Below are positions 19,651-26,788 of a DNA stretch of 64,000 nt, piece by piece. This DNA comes from Sedimentisphaerales bacterium. GTDB taxonomy: Bacteria > Planctomycetota > Phycisphaerae > Sedimentisphaerales > SM23-30. The notes under the pieces were generated by a model. It did no database searches. It worked only from the letters and a program-made list of their open reading frames with translations, and was not told the origin of the DNA. The translations under genes and the position numbers were made by a program. The stretch lies in NCBI GenBank assembly GCA_963663965.2, contig CAXXFK010000015.1:224001-288000 (forward strand), given 5' to 3'. Numbering within the stretch: the stretch's first letter is position 1; the number at the start of each line of letters is the position of its first letter.

Positions 19651-20336
19651 TATTTTTGCTCCTTAGCATAGCTGGAAAGGTTTTGAAGGAACTGGGCCCC
19701 ATCGAGAACACGGCCCACACCGACTTTCTTGGTTCCACCGGGATATTTAACCTGAACTTTCTTCAAGCCAAAACGTTCGCAAGCCTGCTGAAAGTTCTGG
19801 GTATCCTTGAACATGAGCATTACATAGTCATAACTCTCAAACGGCTGAAGTTCCATTCCGGGAAGGTCAATGTCTGGAATATTCTCAGCCATGTCCATGT
19901 CAGGGTCAACGCTTCCCGGCATCGTCTGAGAAAGCGTGTGGTGCAGCAATTCTCTCACCCAGAGGCTGTCAGCCTCCACCGATTCGGTCAGAGCGTGGTA
20001 AATTTCCTGATCGCCGTTGGCCATGGCCCCTACAGGATCGAGCGAAGCTAGAATGATCTTCTCGGCCTCCTCAGTCCAGTTGCCAATCAGAACTGGGACC
20101 AGTGTGTCAGGGCTGACCACGGAACGTCTGGCATGTCCATCGATCAGACGTTTAGTCCGTTCGTTGTAGAGCAATGGGGCGGCCCACCCAATCTCGGGAT
20201 TTTCAATTAAATCCTTGAGCGTGGACAATTGATCGTCCGGGTGCTTACGCCAGTTGTTAGGGTTTTCGTCGAGGCTTCCAGCCTCAATCCACTCAAGTCT
20301 TAGTTGCTTTTGTTGGTCGGTTAGTTGATCGTTCAT
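19650..20336 (-). CDS. ParB/Srx-like N-terminal domain protein
   Basis: NPNNWRKHP..Q, GW..PL..N.....LIDGHAR; GGAG RBS. Confidence 0.82.
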   Translation of the reverse strand: MNDQLTDQQKQLRLEWIEAGSLDENPNNWRKHPDDQLSTLKDLIENPEIGWAAPLLYNERTKRLIDGHARRSVVSPDTLVPVLIGNWTEEAEKIILASLDPVGAMANGDQEIYHALTESVEADSLWVRELLHHTLSQTMPGSVDPDMDMAENIPDIDLPGMELQPFESYDYVMLMFKDTQNFQQACERFGLKKVQVKYPGGTKKVGVGRVLDGAQFLQNLSSYAKEQK

Positions 20337-20514
20337 AAAATTACTCCAAAATGGTGATTGTCTTAAAAACGCCGTAAATGGCTCTCTATTGAATTTTCTC
20401 GGTTTCTAGGTCTGTCGGTAAAGGGTTAGGGTCAGTTTTTGCAATGTAGGCATAATTCTGTGTGAAATTGGCGTATGTCTGCCAGTTGTCAGAACGTCAG
20501 AGGAAATAATAGCA

Positions 20515-20571
20515 CGGTTCGGGAGTGTTCCCGAAGGGGTGGGGAGTCGTTTCAAGTCTAGGAAGGACCCA
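20515..20571 (-). other. Putative cos packaging site (cosQ-like GGGTCCT at 20570-20564)
   Basis: TGGGTCCTTCC in an intergenic region upstream of the packaging operon of a GpA-terminase phage; matches the lambda cosQ heptamer. Confidence 0.5.
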
Positions 20572-20618
20572 TCGTTTTGTTTTTTGTGCTGACCACAGCG
20601 ATTTCCACAGCCGGGCCA

Positions 20619-20932
20619 CAGTCCACATGTATCCAACTTGAGCTTCTTAAAGAGGGGTATTTTGTTTTTTTAAAAATCAACTCCTCGCACACGAATAAGG
20701 GTCACGATAAGTGTACGAAATATAAAGTTTATTAGTGTGGTTATTTAATTGTGTAAGAACGTAAGAAATGCGTAAGAAGTCTAAATTTCATTCTTTCTTA
20801 CACCTTAAATGTAGTATATATATGTATTTAGAAGACATGTAAGAATGTAAGAAGTCAAAAAGACCAAAATTCAATTTTAAAAAAACAAAATACCCCCCTT
20901 TAAGAAGCCCAAGTTATGATACATGTGGGCTG
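20619..20932. repeat. ~57-bp imperfect inverted repeats flanking an AT-rich core with GTAAGAA iterations (putative replication origin)
   Basis: Arms 20619-20675 and 20875-20932; five direct GTAAGAA and one inverted copy between 20753 and 20853. Confidence 0.8.
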
Positions 20933-20960
20933 ACCAAATGTGGGCATATCTTTGCATTGG

Positions 20961-21377
20961 TCATCTCACAATAAAGCAAGGCTCAACGCTCATCATCGCA
21001 GACCAGAGAACGTTGGTTCTCTCACCGTAGTCATAGCGTGACTTCATGCCGGTCAGAGACCGCAGGGCATATTTGACCACCTGCAAGTCTTTGTGTTCCC
21101 CATAGGATTGAATGGCCTTGTTGAGATTAGCTAGGGCCTTGGCCCATTGATCATCGGTGATGTGTGGCTGGCCCGGCTGCATCTTGCTGACTGAGTTGTC
21201 TATCTCGTCCAGCAATCTCTCAGGCAGGCCATTGGGCAGAGGAACAAAAACAGCAGTGTTGTCTGTGAGACGATAAACCCAACCGCCAATCACCCTGCTT
21301 ATAGCTGTGTCGTATTCGGTAAAAATAGTTTGGTGTAAGTCCATTTCACACAACTGTTTCGGTGTTATTTTAGCCAT
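20961..21377 (-). CDS. Hypothetical phage protein
   Basis: 138-aa ORF with purine-rich leader. Confidence 0.6.
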   Translation of the reverse strand: MAKITPKQLCEMDLHQTIFTEYDTAISRVIGGWVYRLTDNTAVFVPLPNGLPERLLDEIDNSVSKMQPGQPHITDDQWAKALANLNKAIQSYGEHKDLQVVKYALRSLTGMKSRYDYGERTNVLWSAMMSVEPCFIVR

Positions 21378-21411
21378 AATTTTCTCACTTTCTGTGGTGT
21401 GTGTTAAAATC

Positions 21412-21435
21412 TTGACACTTATCGATAAGTGTCAA
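21412..21435. promoter_or_regulatory. Perfect 24-bp palindrome TTGACACTTATCGATAAGTGTCAA
   Basis: Intergenic and self-complementary. Confidence 0.6.
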
Positions 21436-21451
21436 TGTTTTGCGTTGCCCA

Positions 21452-21775
21452 TTATTCAGGCTCAACTTCTTCAGATATGTCAAAACCGAGCTTCGCATAT
21501 ATTTCGTGACCGTCCACATAGCATTCCCCCAGATACTCTTCATAAATCATCGGATCAGGTATCCCGATTTTTTTCAGAAGCTCATAAAACACTGCGTCCG
21601 GGTTAGAGGTCCAGTCATCGACATACTCGTTGTTGATCAGAATCGGCCTGTCGTCCTGCGTGAACAAATCAAGGCCGATGGCTTCCAGAATCTCATCGAT
21701 CAACTCAGACTTGTCCGGGTGATCGGCCCTCATTTTAGTGGTATTATAGGCCCGCATGTCTATGGAAAGTCCCAT
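21452..21775 (-). CDS. Acidic hypothetical phage protein
   Basis: 107 aa, Asp/Glu-rich; GAGG RBS. Confidence 0.6.
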   Translation of the reverse strand: MGLSIDMRAYNTTKMRADHPDKSELIDEILEAIGLDLFTQDDRPILINNEYVDDWTSNPDAVFYELLKKIGIPDPMIYEEYLGECYVDGHEIYAKLGFDISEEVEPE

Positions 21776-21778
21776 TAT

Positions 21779-22147
21779 TCAGCCTCGCTTTCCTGTTTTG
21801 GATTTTATGGTCCGTTTTCTTCTGTGCTTCACATCAATGTCACCACCACAGTGTTTGCAGAGTTTATTGGTTCTTGCACAGACATCGCATAATTTATCGG
21901 TGCATGTGTTACCGAAGACCATGGGTTCACCACATAGGGCACATTCCACTTCAGTTATAACCGAGCCACCAATCCGGGTTCCATAGTAGTAGCATACTGG
22001 GCACTCATTTCTCTGGTGTCTTGAATCTTTATGTTGGTCATCTGTGAAACATTTAGCCCTTTTGATAGTATGGTCCATAATGTCTCGTGCGTGTTGTGTA
22101 TCAAATTCAATAGTTGCTAGGTTAATTTGTATTTTTCTTGCTCTCAT
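21779..22147 (-). CDS. Cys-rich zinc-finger protein
   Basis: Four CxxC pairs. Confidence 0.65.
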   Translation of the reverse strand: MRARKIQINLATIEFDTQHARDIMDHTIKRAKCFTDDQHKDSRHQRNECPVCYYYGTRIGGSVITEVECALCGEPMVFGNTCTDKLCDVCARTNKLCKHCGGDIDVKHRRKRTIKSKTGKRG

Positions 22148-22165
22148 TGAATCGCCTCGCTTTCT

Positions 22166-22482
22166 TCAAGCGTCTGGGTATCGCTTTGATAGCTTGTTCA
22201 GATTTGTCTTGAGAATATCTTCGAGCCAGTTCCCAAGCGAATCGATCCCAACTGACTGATACCATTCAATTCCCCAAGTTCTTCCCGCAGGTTTGTCCGG
22301 TCAATTTCTTTGCCATAAAAAATATGTCTTTTGAGTTGATCCAGAAACTCAGCGGCCTCGGTACATAAACCCATGCCCACATGCAGGAGCCGGGCTAAGT
22401 ATGGGTCAGACAGTCGCTTGACTATCTCTGAATAGTCAGGCTCAAGCCTTTTTATTGCGTCGATGTAAGCTTTGTGATCCAT
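22166..22482 (-). pseudogene. MazG-like nucleotide pyrophosphohydrolase, frameshifted near 22270
   Basis: GL..EA.E..D..K...F.G.......EELG; expected tail (EWY...NLNKLSKRYP) continues in the -1 frame. Confidence 0.75.
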
Positions 22483-22487
22483 TTTGT

Positions 22488-22955
22488 TTACATCCTCTCT
22501 TTGATTGCAAAAGGTTCATCGGTCAAATACTGTGGGCTAGAATGAATGTCTCCAATCACATTACATTTCTTAAAAAGATGTGCAAGAATGATCTGCCCGT
22601 CTTTTGCTTCAGCAACAAACTGGCCTTGCCTGTATCGCACAGCAAAGGGCTTAGGTAGGGTGGACCCTTCAAGAGTGATGTTAAAATTAATAAGAATGTC
22701 ACCCTCAAACACTAATTCACCATTAAGAGAAACCTCCCCGGTGCATTGCTCGCTATTGTCGTGAGCTTCCCAAAGGGTTATAGTGTTTCCGGTTGTAGGA
22801 CCATAGTAGCTCTTCTCGTTCACAAATCCCCAGTAGGCGAAGCGGTGGAATTTGCCGTCAACATAGATTGCTTGTCGGAACTTGATCCGGGTATAGAGCC
22901 TTCTCTGTATTTCCAATGCTTCCTGTTTATCCATTTTGTTTGCTCGCTTTCTCAT
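22488..22955 (-). CDS. YopX-family protein
   Basis: RIKFR, EQCTG...NG..VFEGDI, VIGDIH. Confidence 0.75.
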   Translation of the reverse strand: MRKRANKMDKQEALEIQRRLYTRIKFRQAIYVDGKFHRFAYWGFVNEKSYYGPTTGNTITLWEAHDNSEQCTGEVSLNGELVFEGDILINFNITLEGSTLPKPFAVRYRQGQFVAEAKDGQIILAHLFKKCNVIGDIHSSPQYLTDEPFAIKERM

Positions 22956-23209
22956 GCTGGAACTGGCAACCAGTCCACATACTCAATATCGTGTGTATAT
23001 CGTTTATCGTTCACCACAGTGTGAATTGCCGTACCATTATTTATTACTCTGAAGTCATAATAGGGATCGTCTTTGAATTTAAAACGTATCAGGATCGGGC
23101 CGCAGTGTGTTGGGGGCTCGTGGTCCAGCCTTCGCCATCGTACAGCGTCCCGATATTTAGCAATCTTCATCGATAGCCTTGAAATAGTCTGATCACAGTT
23201 GTAAGCCAT
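22952..23209 (-). CDS. Hypothetical phage protein (DUF551-like)
   Basis: W.....PP ... V.WLP.P pattern. Confidence 0.55.
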   Translation of the reverse strand: MAYNCDQTISRLSMKIAKYRDAVRWRRLDHEPPTHCGPILIRFKFKDDPYYDFRVINNGTAIHTVVNDKRYTHDIEYVDWLPVPA

Positions 23210-23211
23210 TG

Positions 23212-23325
23212 TTATGATCCTCGCTTTCTTTCGTCTCTTTTGACCTCGATATAAACCACTGCATAAAAGCCGAGCATAATGAGCCCAAAAACCAGAGACA
23301 AAATCAAAATAATATAGTCAAGCAT
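23212..23325 (-). CDS. 37-aa single-TM peptide (not in ORF track)
   Basis: MLDYIILILSLVFGLIMLGFYAVVYIEVKRDERKRGS; GAGG RBS. Confidence 0.55.
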   Translation of the reverse strand: MLDYIILILSLVFGLIMLGFYAVVYIEVKRDERKRGS

Positions 23326-23360
23326 CGTGTTATGATCCTCACTTTCTGACTTTTTAGATT

Positions 23361-23390
23361 AGCCGCCCGGTGGTAGAGGTCCGGGCGGCT
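23361..23390. terminator. GC-rich hairpin AGCCGCCCGG/CCGGGCGGCT
   Basis: 10-bp perfect stem, intergenic. Confidence 0.5.
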
Positions 23391-23438
23391 TGTTCAACAT
23401 ATTGCCATATTGTGATTTCTATCAGACTCGTCTGTTTG

Positions 23439-23675
23439 TCACGAGCCGCTGGTAGAATTTATTTCATTTTTACCCCCATTCTGGCTTGCTTGCTGGTGCA
23501 ACTTGCGTGCAACGATTAAGTCACGAAGCCGCCTGCTTAATCTGCATTGTTTCTGTTGGATCAGTTCATACTCCCGGTCAATGTCGATCCCTTCCAAGGG
23601 GTCTTTGATTTTTCGATACACAGCCGGGGCATGTTTACGAGTTATTTCTTTAAGCATGTGTAATGTTTCAATCAT
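23439..23675 (-). CDS. Hypothetical phage protein
   Basis: 78-aa ORF in operon. Confidence 0.5.
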   Translation of the reverse strand: MIETLHMLKEITRKHAPAVYRKIKDPLEGIDIDREYELIQQKQCRLSRRLRDLIVARKLHQQASQNGGKNEINSTSGS

Positions 23676-23701
23676 CGGGATTTGCTCTCTCTTAAAAAAG
23701 A

Positions 23702-24136
23702 TTAGTTGTCAAACCAGAATACACAGCGAACCCGCTCAACCGGGGTCCGGTCGATGACTTCCTCACTGTAAACAGCACTACCAAACATATACCCAAACAT
23801 CTGGTCAAAGCTCCTGTCAGCATGAAACGGAGTTTCCCATCGATAAGGAGGAAAGGTCTTGTACCACTCAGACAGTGACTCAAGCTCGGGCCTTGACAGC
23901 CAACTGACCGAGTGTGCATCAACTCCCCAGTTAGCCAGCTCAGCTTGCGTTACTGCTGAAATGTCTGTCGGCGGTCCCTTGGGTGGAGAAATTGGCTCAA
24001 TAGTGCGTCCAGAGTCATTTCTTACCCCGGCCATTTTCGCAAACAACCAGTAGTCCCGGCTGATTTGAAGTCTGTTATAAGCGTGCCAAACCCCATTAAG
24101 TTTCACTTCAATAAATCCGTAAATATCACATCCCAT
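23702..24136 (-). CDS. Conserved-type hypothetical phage protein
   Basis: MGCDI...R.Y.LF..MAGVRN...HS.SWL...R.VFWFDN; GGAG RBS. Confidence 0.7.
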   Translation of the reverse strand: MGCDIYGFIEVKLNGVWHAYNRLQISRDYWLFAKMAGVRNDSGRTIEPISPPKGPPTDISAVTQAELANWGVDAHSVSWLSRPELESLSEWYKTFPPYRWETPFHADRSFDQMFGYMFGSAVYSEEVIDRTPVERVRCVFWFDN

Positions 24137-24210
24137 GATTAATCTCCTGTATTAGAGTCAAAAGTTAAAGGACGTTCAGTCTCTTACTGAGCGTCCGGTC
24201 AATCGGTTTA

Positions 24211-24789
24211 TTAGTTGAAAGCCAAATCGGAGAGGATGTCAGGATTTCCTGAAATAGCGCAGTGATAAACATTCAGAGCAACTATCGCCTCAGCGGCATC
24301 ACGCACGATGCTCAAAAAATCGCCAAAGTTATCAGAGTCAACTTTAAATTCAAAAACGCCCGTCCCGCCTTTTCCGCCCTTGGCTTCGGCTGTGAAGACT
24401 TGAAGTGTTTTTGCGGCAAAAATTTTATACAAAAAGGTCAAGCGGGCAAAGTCTTTGGATTTGAGCTTGCAACAGTCGTCGCACTTAGAAATATGGCCAT
24501 CGACCTCTTTCATCATGCACAAATAAATATCAAAGGTTGATATGCCCATATGTTTAGTGATCTGCCGTGAGACGATCATAAAGGCTGTCTCGTTCTTAGA
24601 ATAAAATCCCTTGAGGTACTCTTCTGAGGACAACCCCGGATTTGGGACATTTCCGTCTTCAGCCGTAAGAGACATGAAGGCTAGAATGTCGCCAATTAGA
24701 TTGTCGACCATGATGACATCTTTGGAGTTGAGTTTTTGTTCTGATGGGCCCGAGGTGTTTTTGTCCGAACAGTTTGCATTTGCAACCAT
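24211..24789 (-). CDS. Hypothetical moron-like protein with its own promoter
   Basis: 192 aa; AAGGAG RBS; upstream promoter copy 3; downstream hairpin near 24170-24196. Confidence 0.65.
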   Translation of the reverse strand: MVANANCSDKNTSGPSEQKLNSKDVIMVDNLIGDILAFMSLTAEDGNVPNPGLSSEEYLKGFYSKNETAFMIVSRQITKHMGISTFDIYLCMMKEVDGHISKCDDCCKLKSKDFARLTFLYKIFAAKTLQVFTAEAKGGKGGTGVFEFKVDSDNFGDFLSIVRDAAEAIVALNVYHCAISGNPDILSDLAFN

Positions 24790-24832
24790 AAGTTGTCTCC
24801 TTGTTTTAGTGGTGTGTGAAATAATTTAAATC

Positions 24833-24868
24833 TAAACGAAGCCTATCACAGCAAACAAAAAAGGTCAA
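24833..24868 (-). promoter_or_regulatory. Phage promoter, copy 3 (TTGACC-17-TAGGCT)
   Basis: 19-nt identity with copy 2. Confidence 0.65.
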
Positions 24869-24891
24869 TCGTAAATTCTAAAATTTTATAA

Positions 24892-25080
24892 TTAATTTTC
24901 CCTTTTGTCCGCTTCTTTAGTTCTGCTATCGAGTCGCTTGATTTCGTCTTCAGTGTAGCCATGCTCAAGTTGCCAACTTTCGTTGTACCTGTAGTAACAC
25001 TTATTGCAAATCCGTGAACGTGCTCTAGTGAGCTTCCCGCAACAGATACAGTCGTTTAATTCTGGTCTAGGCTTTGACAT
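24892..25080 (-). CDS. Small zinc-finger protein
   Basis: CICCG...ICNKCY. Confidence 0.5.
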   Translation of the reverse strand: MSKPRPELNDCICCGKLTRARSRICNKCYYRYNESWQLEHGYTEDEIKRLDSRTKEADKREN

Positions 25081-25390
25081 GATGGGTTATGATCCGTGAG
25101 TAATGTTTTTCTACATCATCGAGGTTATAGCAGATACAAGCATAGCCGCCTGTATCCAGAATAGTATTAATCATGTGAGATTGAAGTTGAGTAGGCCGGT
25201 TATTGCCTATTTTTAATTCGATTCCCACAAAAACGCCCTGAATGTGGCCGATTAAATCCGGGATCCCGGATTGTTGATACTGCCCTCCGTGGACCTTGAA
25301 GAAAAAGCAACCTGGCTGGCTGTTTAACCAGCCCAGTGCCGCTCTCATAAGGTCAGACTCTTTCTTCCAGACCTTACTCTTTTTCGTCAT
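25067..25390 (-). CDS. VRR-NUC domain nuclease
   Basis: KESD, G.PDL, IELK....RPT.LQ. Confidence 0.85.
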   Translation of the reverse strand: MTKKSKVWKKESDLMRAALGWLNSQPGCFFFKVHGGQYQQSGIPDLIGHIQGVFVGIELKIGNNRPTQLQSHMINTILDTGGYACICYNLDDVEKHYSRIITHHVKA

Positions 25391-25598
25391 CGTCAGGCCC
25401 TCTATAGTCGTCAATGTCATCAAACAATGTGCCTTCCAACGGGGTAATAGTGATTTTTACCCGTGATCCGGTAACAATGAGTTCGTCCAGCAGTTCCAAG
25501 TCAGAGCCTTCGATGGTACATGGCTTGATCTGGATTGCCCGGCCTGTGTTGGACGAACTGGTTGTTTTGATCTTGGCTTCCTTGATAGTTACTTTCAT
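25374..25598 (-). CDS. Hypothetical phage protein
   Basis: 74 aa; GGAG RBS. Confidence 0.55.
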   Translation of the reverse strand: MKVTIKEAKIKTTSSSNTGRAIQIKPCTIEGSDLELLDELIVTGSRVKITITPLEGTLFDDIDDYRGPDDDEKE

Positions 25599-25627
25599 TT
25601 TTTGTACTCCTGTTTAAAATGGGTTAA

Positions 25628-26494
25628 TTAGTCAGATACAAACTGACGAGTTGATTTGTCGCTTCTGAGGATTGATTCAAAATAACCGTATTTGCAGTTT
25701 TTTGCGTTCCTGAGAGATAGGTCAGAAACTTCGTAAGCATGAATTACCGGGATTTGGCGTTTAGTTGCGAAGGCTACTTCAATGTCCACGCCTTCAGATA
25801 CCCCCGGAGGGGTGTCGGCAACAATCAAGTCACAAATACTGATAATTTCACAGTCAAGGTCCAGTATTTCACCGGCTGTCATTAGCCCGGCCCGGTAAGC
25901 GTTGCGCATGGCAGGCTCGAACTTATGAGGGACGTACATACGGACTGGTCTTTTAAAAACACGTTCAAGTTCCTGTTGAATGGCCAGTGATCGTTTGAGT
26001 CCCCGGTTGTTGTTGGCGTTTAACTGTTCGTCAGTCACTTTGTCGCCGTGTTCACCCCGCATAGAAGCCGAGTAATACACACTGATGGGTCTGGGGTCGT
26101 GTTTTGAAGTCGTCGCCTCCACAGGGGTTCCAGAAGCCCCAGAAGCACTCGGGGATTTATGGCCTTTGTCGTCCGGGTTCTCGAAGTAGAGATAGCAAGC
26201 CATACTCAACCGGCACAAGGCGTGAGTCAGGTCTTCTTCATTTGGGTTGTCCAGAAACTTATAAAGATGAACGAGGGCATGATCCAGATGTCCCCCGGTT
26301 CCATCCACACAGGTCAGGGCCACTTTGTGCCAGTTGTTCAGGGCATATTTTTTAGCCCCGTAAGTAAAAACTCTGGCCAGTGCCAGAGCCACTCCGGGCG
26401 GAACCGCTGTGGGCCACTCAGCCATTTCCGATCCCTGCCCGCCTCTGGCATTGGTCTCAACGGGTTCAGTTGTCATTGACTTAGGTGTGGTCAT
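25628..26494 (-). CDS. dATP/dGTP diphosphohydrolase-like (DUF5664) domain fused to a nucleoside 2-deoxyribosyltransferase-like domain
   Basis: N: ARVFTYGAKKY..NNW, HAL.HL, HALC; C: VYYS..MRG, D...I..CD.IV, S.GV..E...A....IPV. Confidence 0.72.
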   Translation of the reverse strand: MTTPKSMTTEPVETNARGGQGSEMAEWPTAVPPGVALALARVFTYGAKKYALNNWHKVALTCVDGTGGHLDHALVHLYKFLDNPNEEDLTHALCRLSMACYLYFENPDDKGHKSPSASGASGTPVEATTSKHDPRPISVYYSASMRGEHGDKVTDEQLNANNNRGLKRSLAIQQELERVFKRPVRMYVPHKFEPAMRNAYRAGLMTAGEILDLDCEIISICDLIVADTPPGVSEGVDIEVAFATKRQIPVIHAYEVSDLSLRNAKNCKYGYFESILRSDKSTRQFVSD

Positions 26495-26520
26495 GTGGTG
26501 TGTTTCCTTTCTGTTTTGGT

Positions 26521-26778
26521 TTATAAATTAAAAGTTTCTTTATTGATTAGGTCTGCCAGTTTTTTGCGAAAACAGTTGGTAAGTCTGATTACAAGCTCGT
26601 CTTTTAATGCTCGTTCTTCAGGAATGCCAACCATGGCCATCAAGTGCGTATCAAGTCTGATGCGGATTGCGATCTCTTCCAACCGTTCTGTGTATGGGTT
26701 GACGTAGGAGCTATATTTGTAGCTTCTCATAATCCTGTCGCATAACTCTTCGATTTTAGCTGTGTTTTTTGATGTCAT
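26521..26778 (-). CDS. Hypothetical phage protein
   Basis: 85-aa ORF in operon. Confidence 0.5.
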   Translation of the reverse strand: MTSKNTAKIEELCDRIMRSYKYSSYVNPYTERLEEIAIRIRLDTHLMAMVGIPEERALKDELVIRLTNCFRKKLADLINKETFNL

Positions 26779-26788
26779 CGTTTCTCTC

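Noticed and set aside
20406..20636. 76-aa minus-strand ORF
   Set aside because: Overlaps the cos-like motif and an inverted-repeat arm; no RBS or motifs
20753..20853. CRISPR array or mini-array (GTAAGAA repeats; also the 13250-13307 repeat)
   Set aside because: Repeats are too short or too few, there are no 26-45 nt unique spacers, and no cas genes
25628..26494. 2-aminoadenine (Z) or 7-deazaguanine genome system
   Set aside because: No purZ, queCDE/folE, dpdA or phage DNA polymerase recognisable in the window
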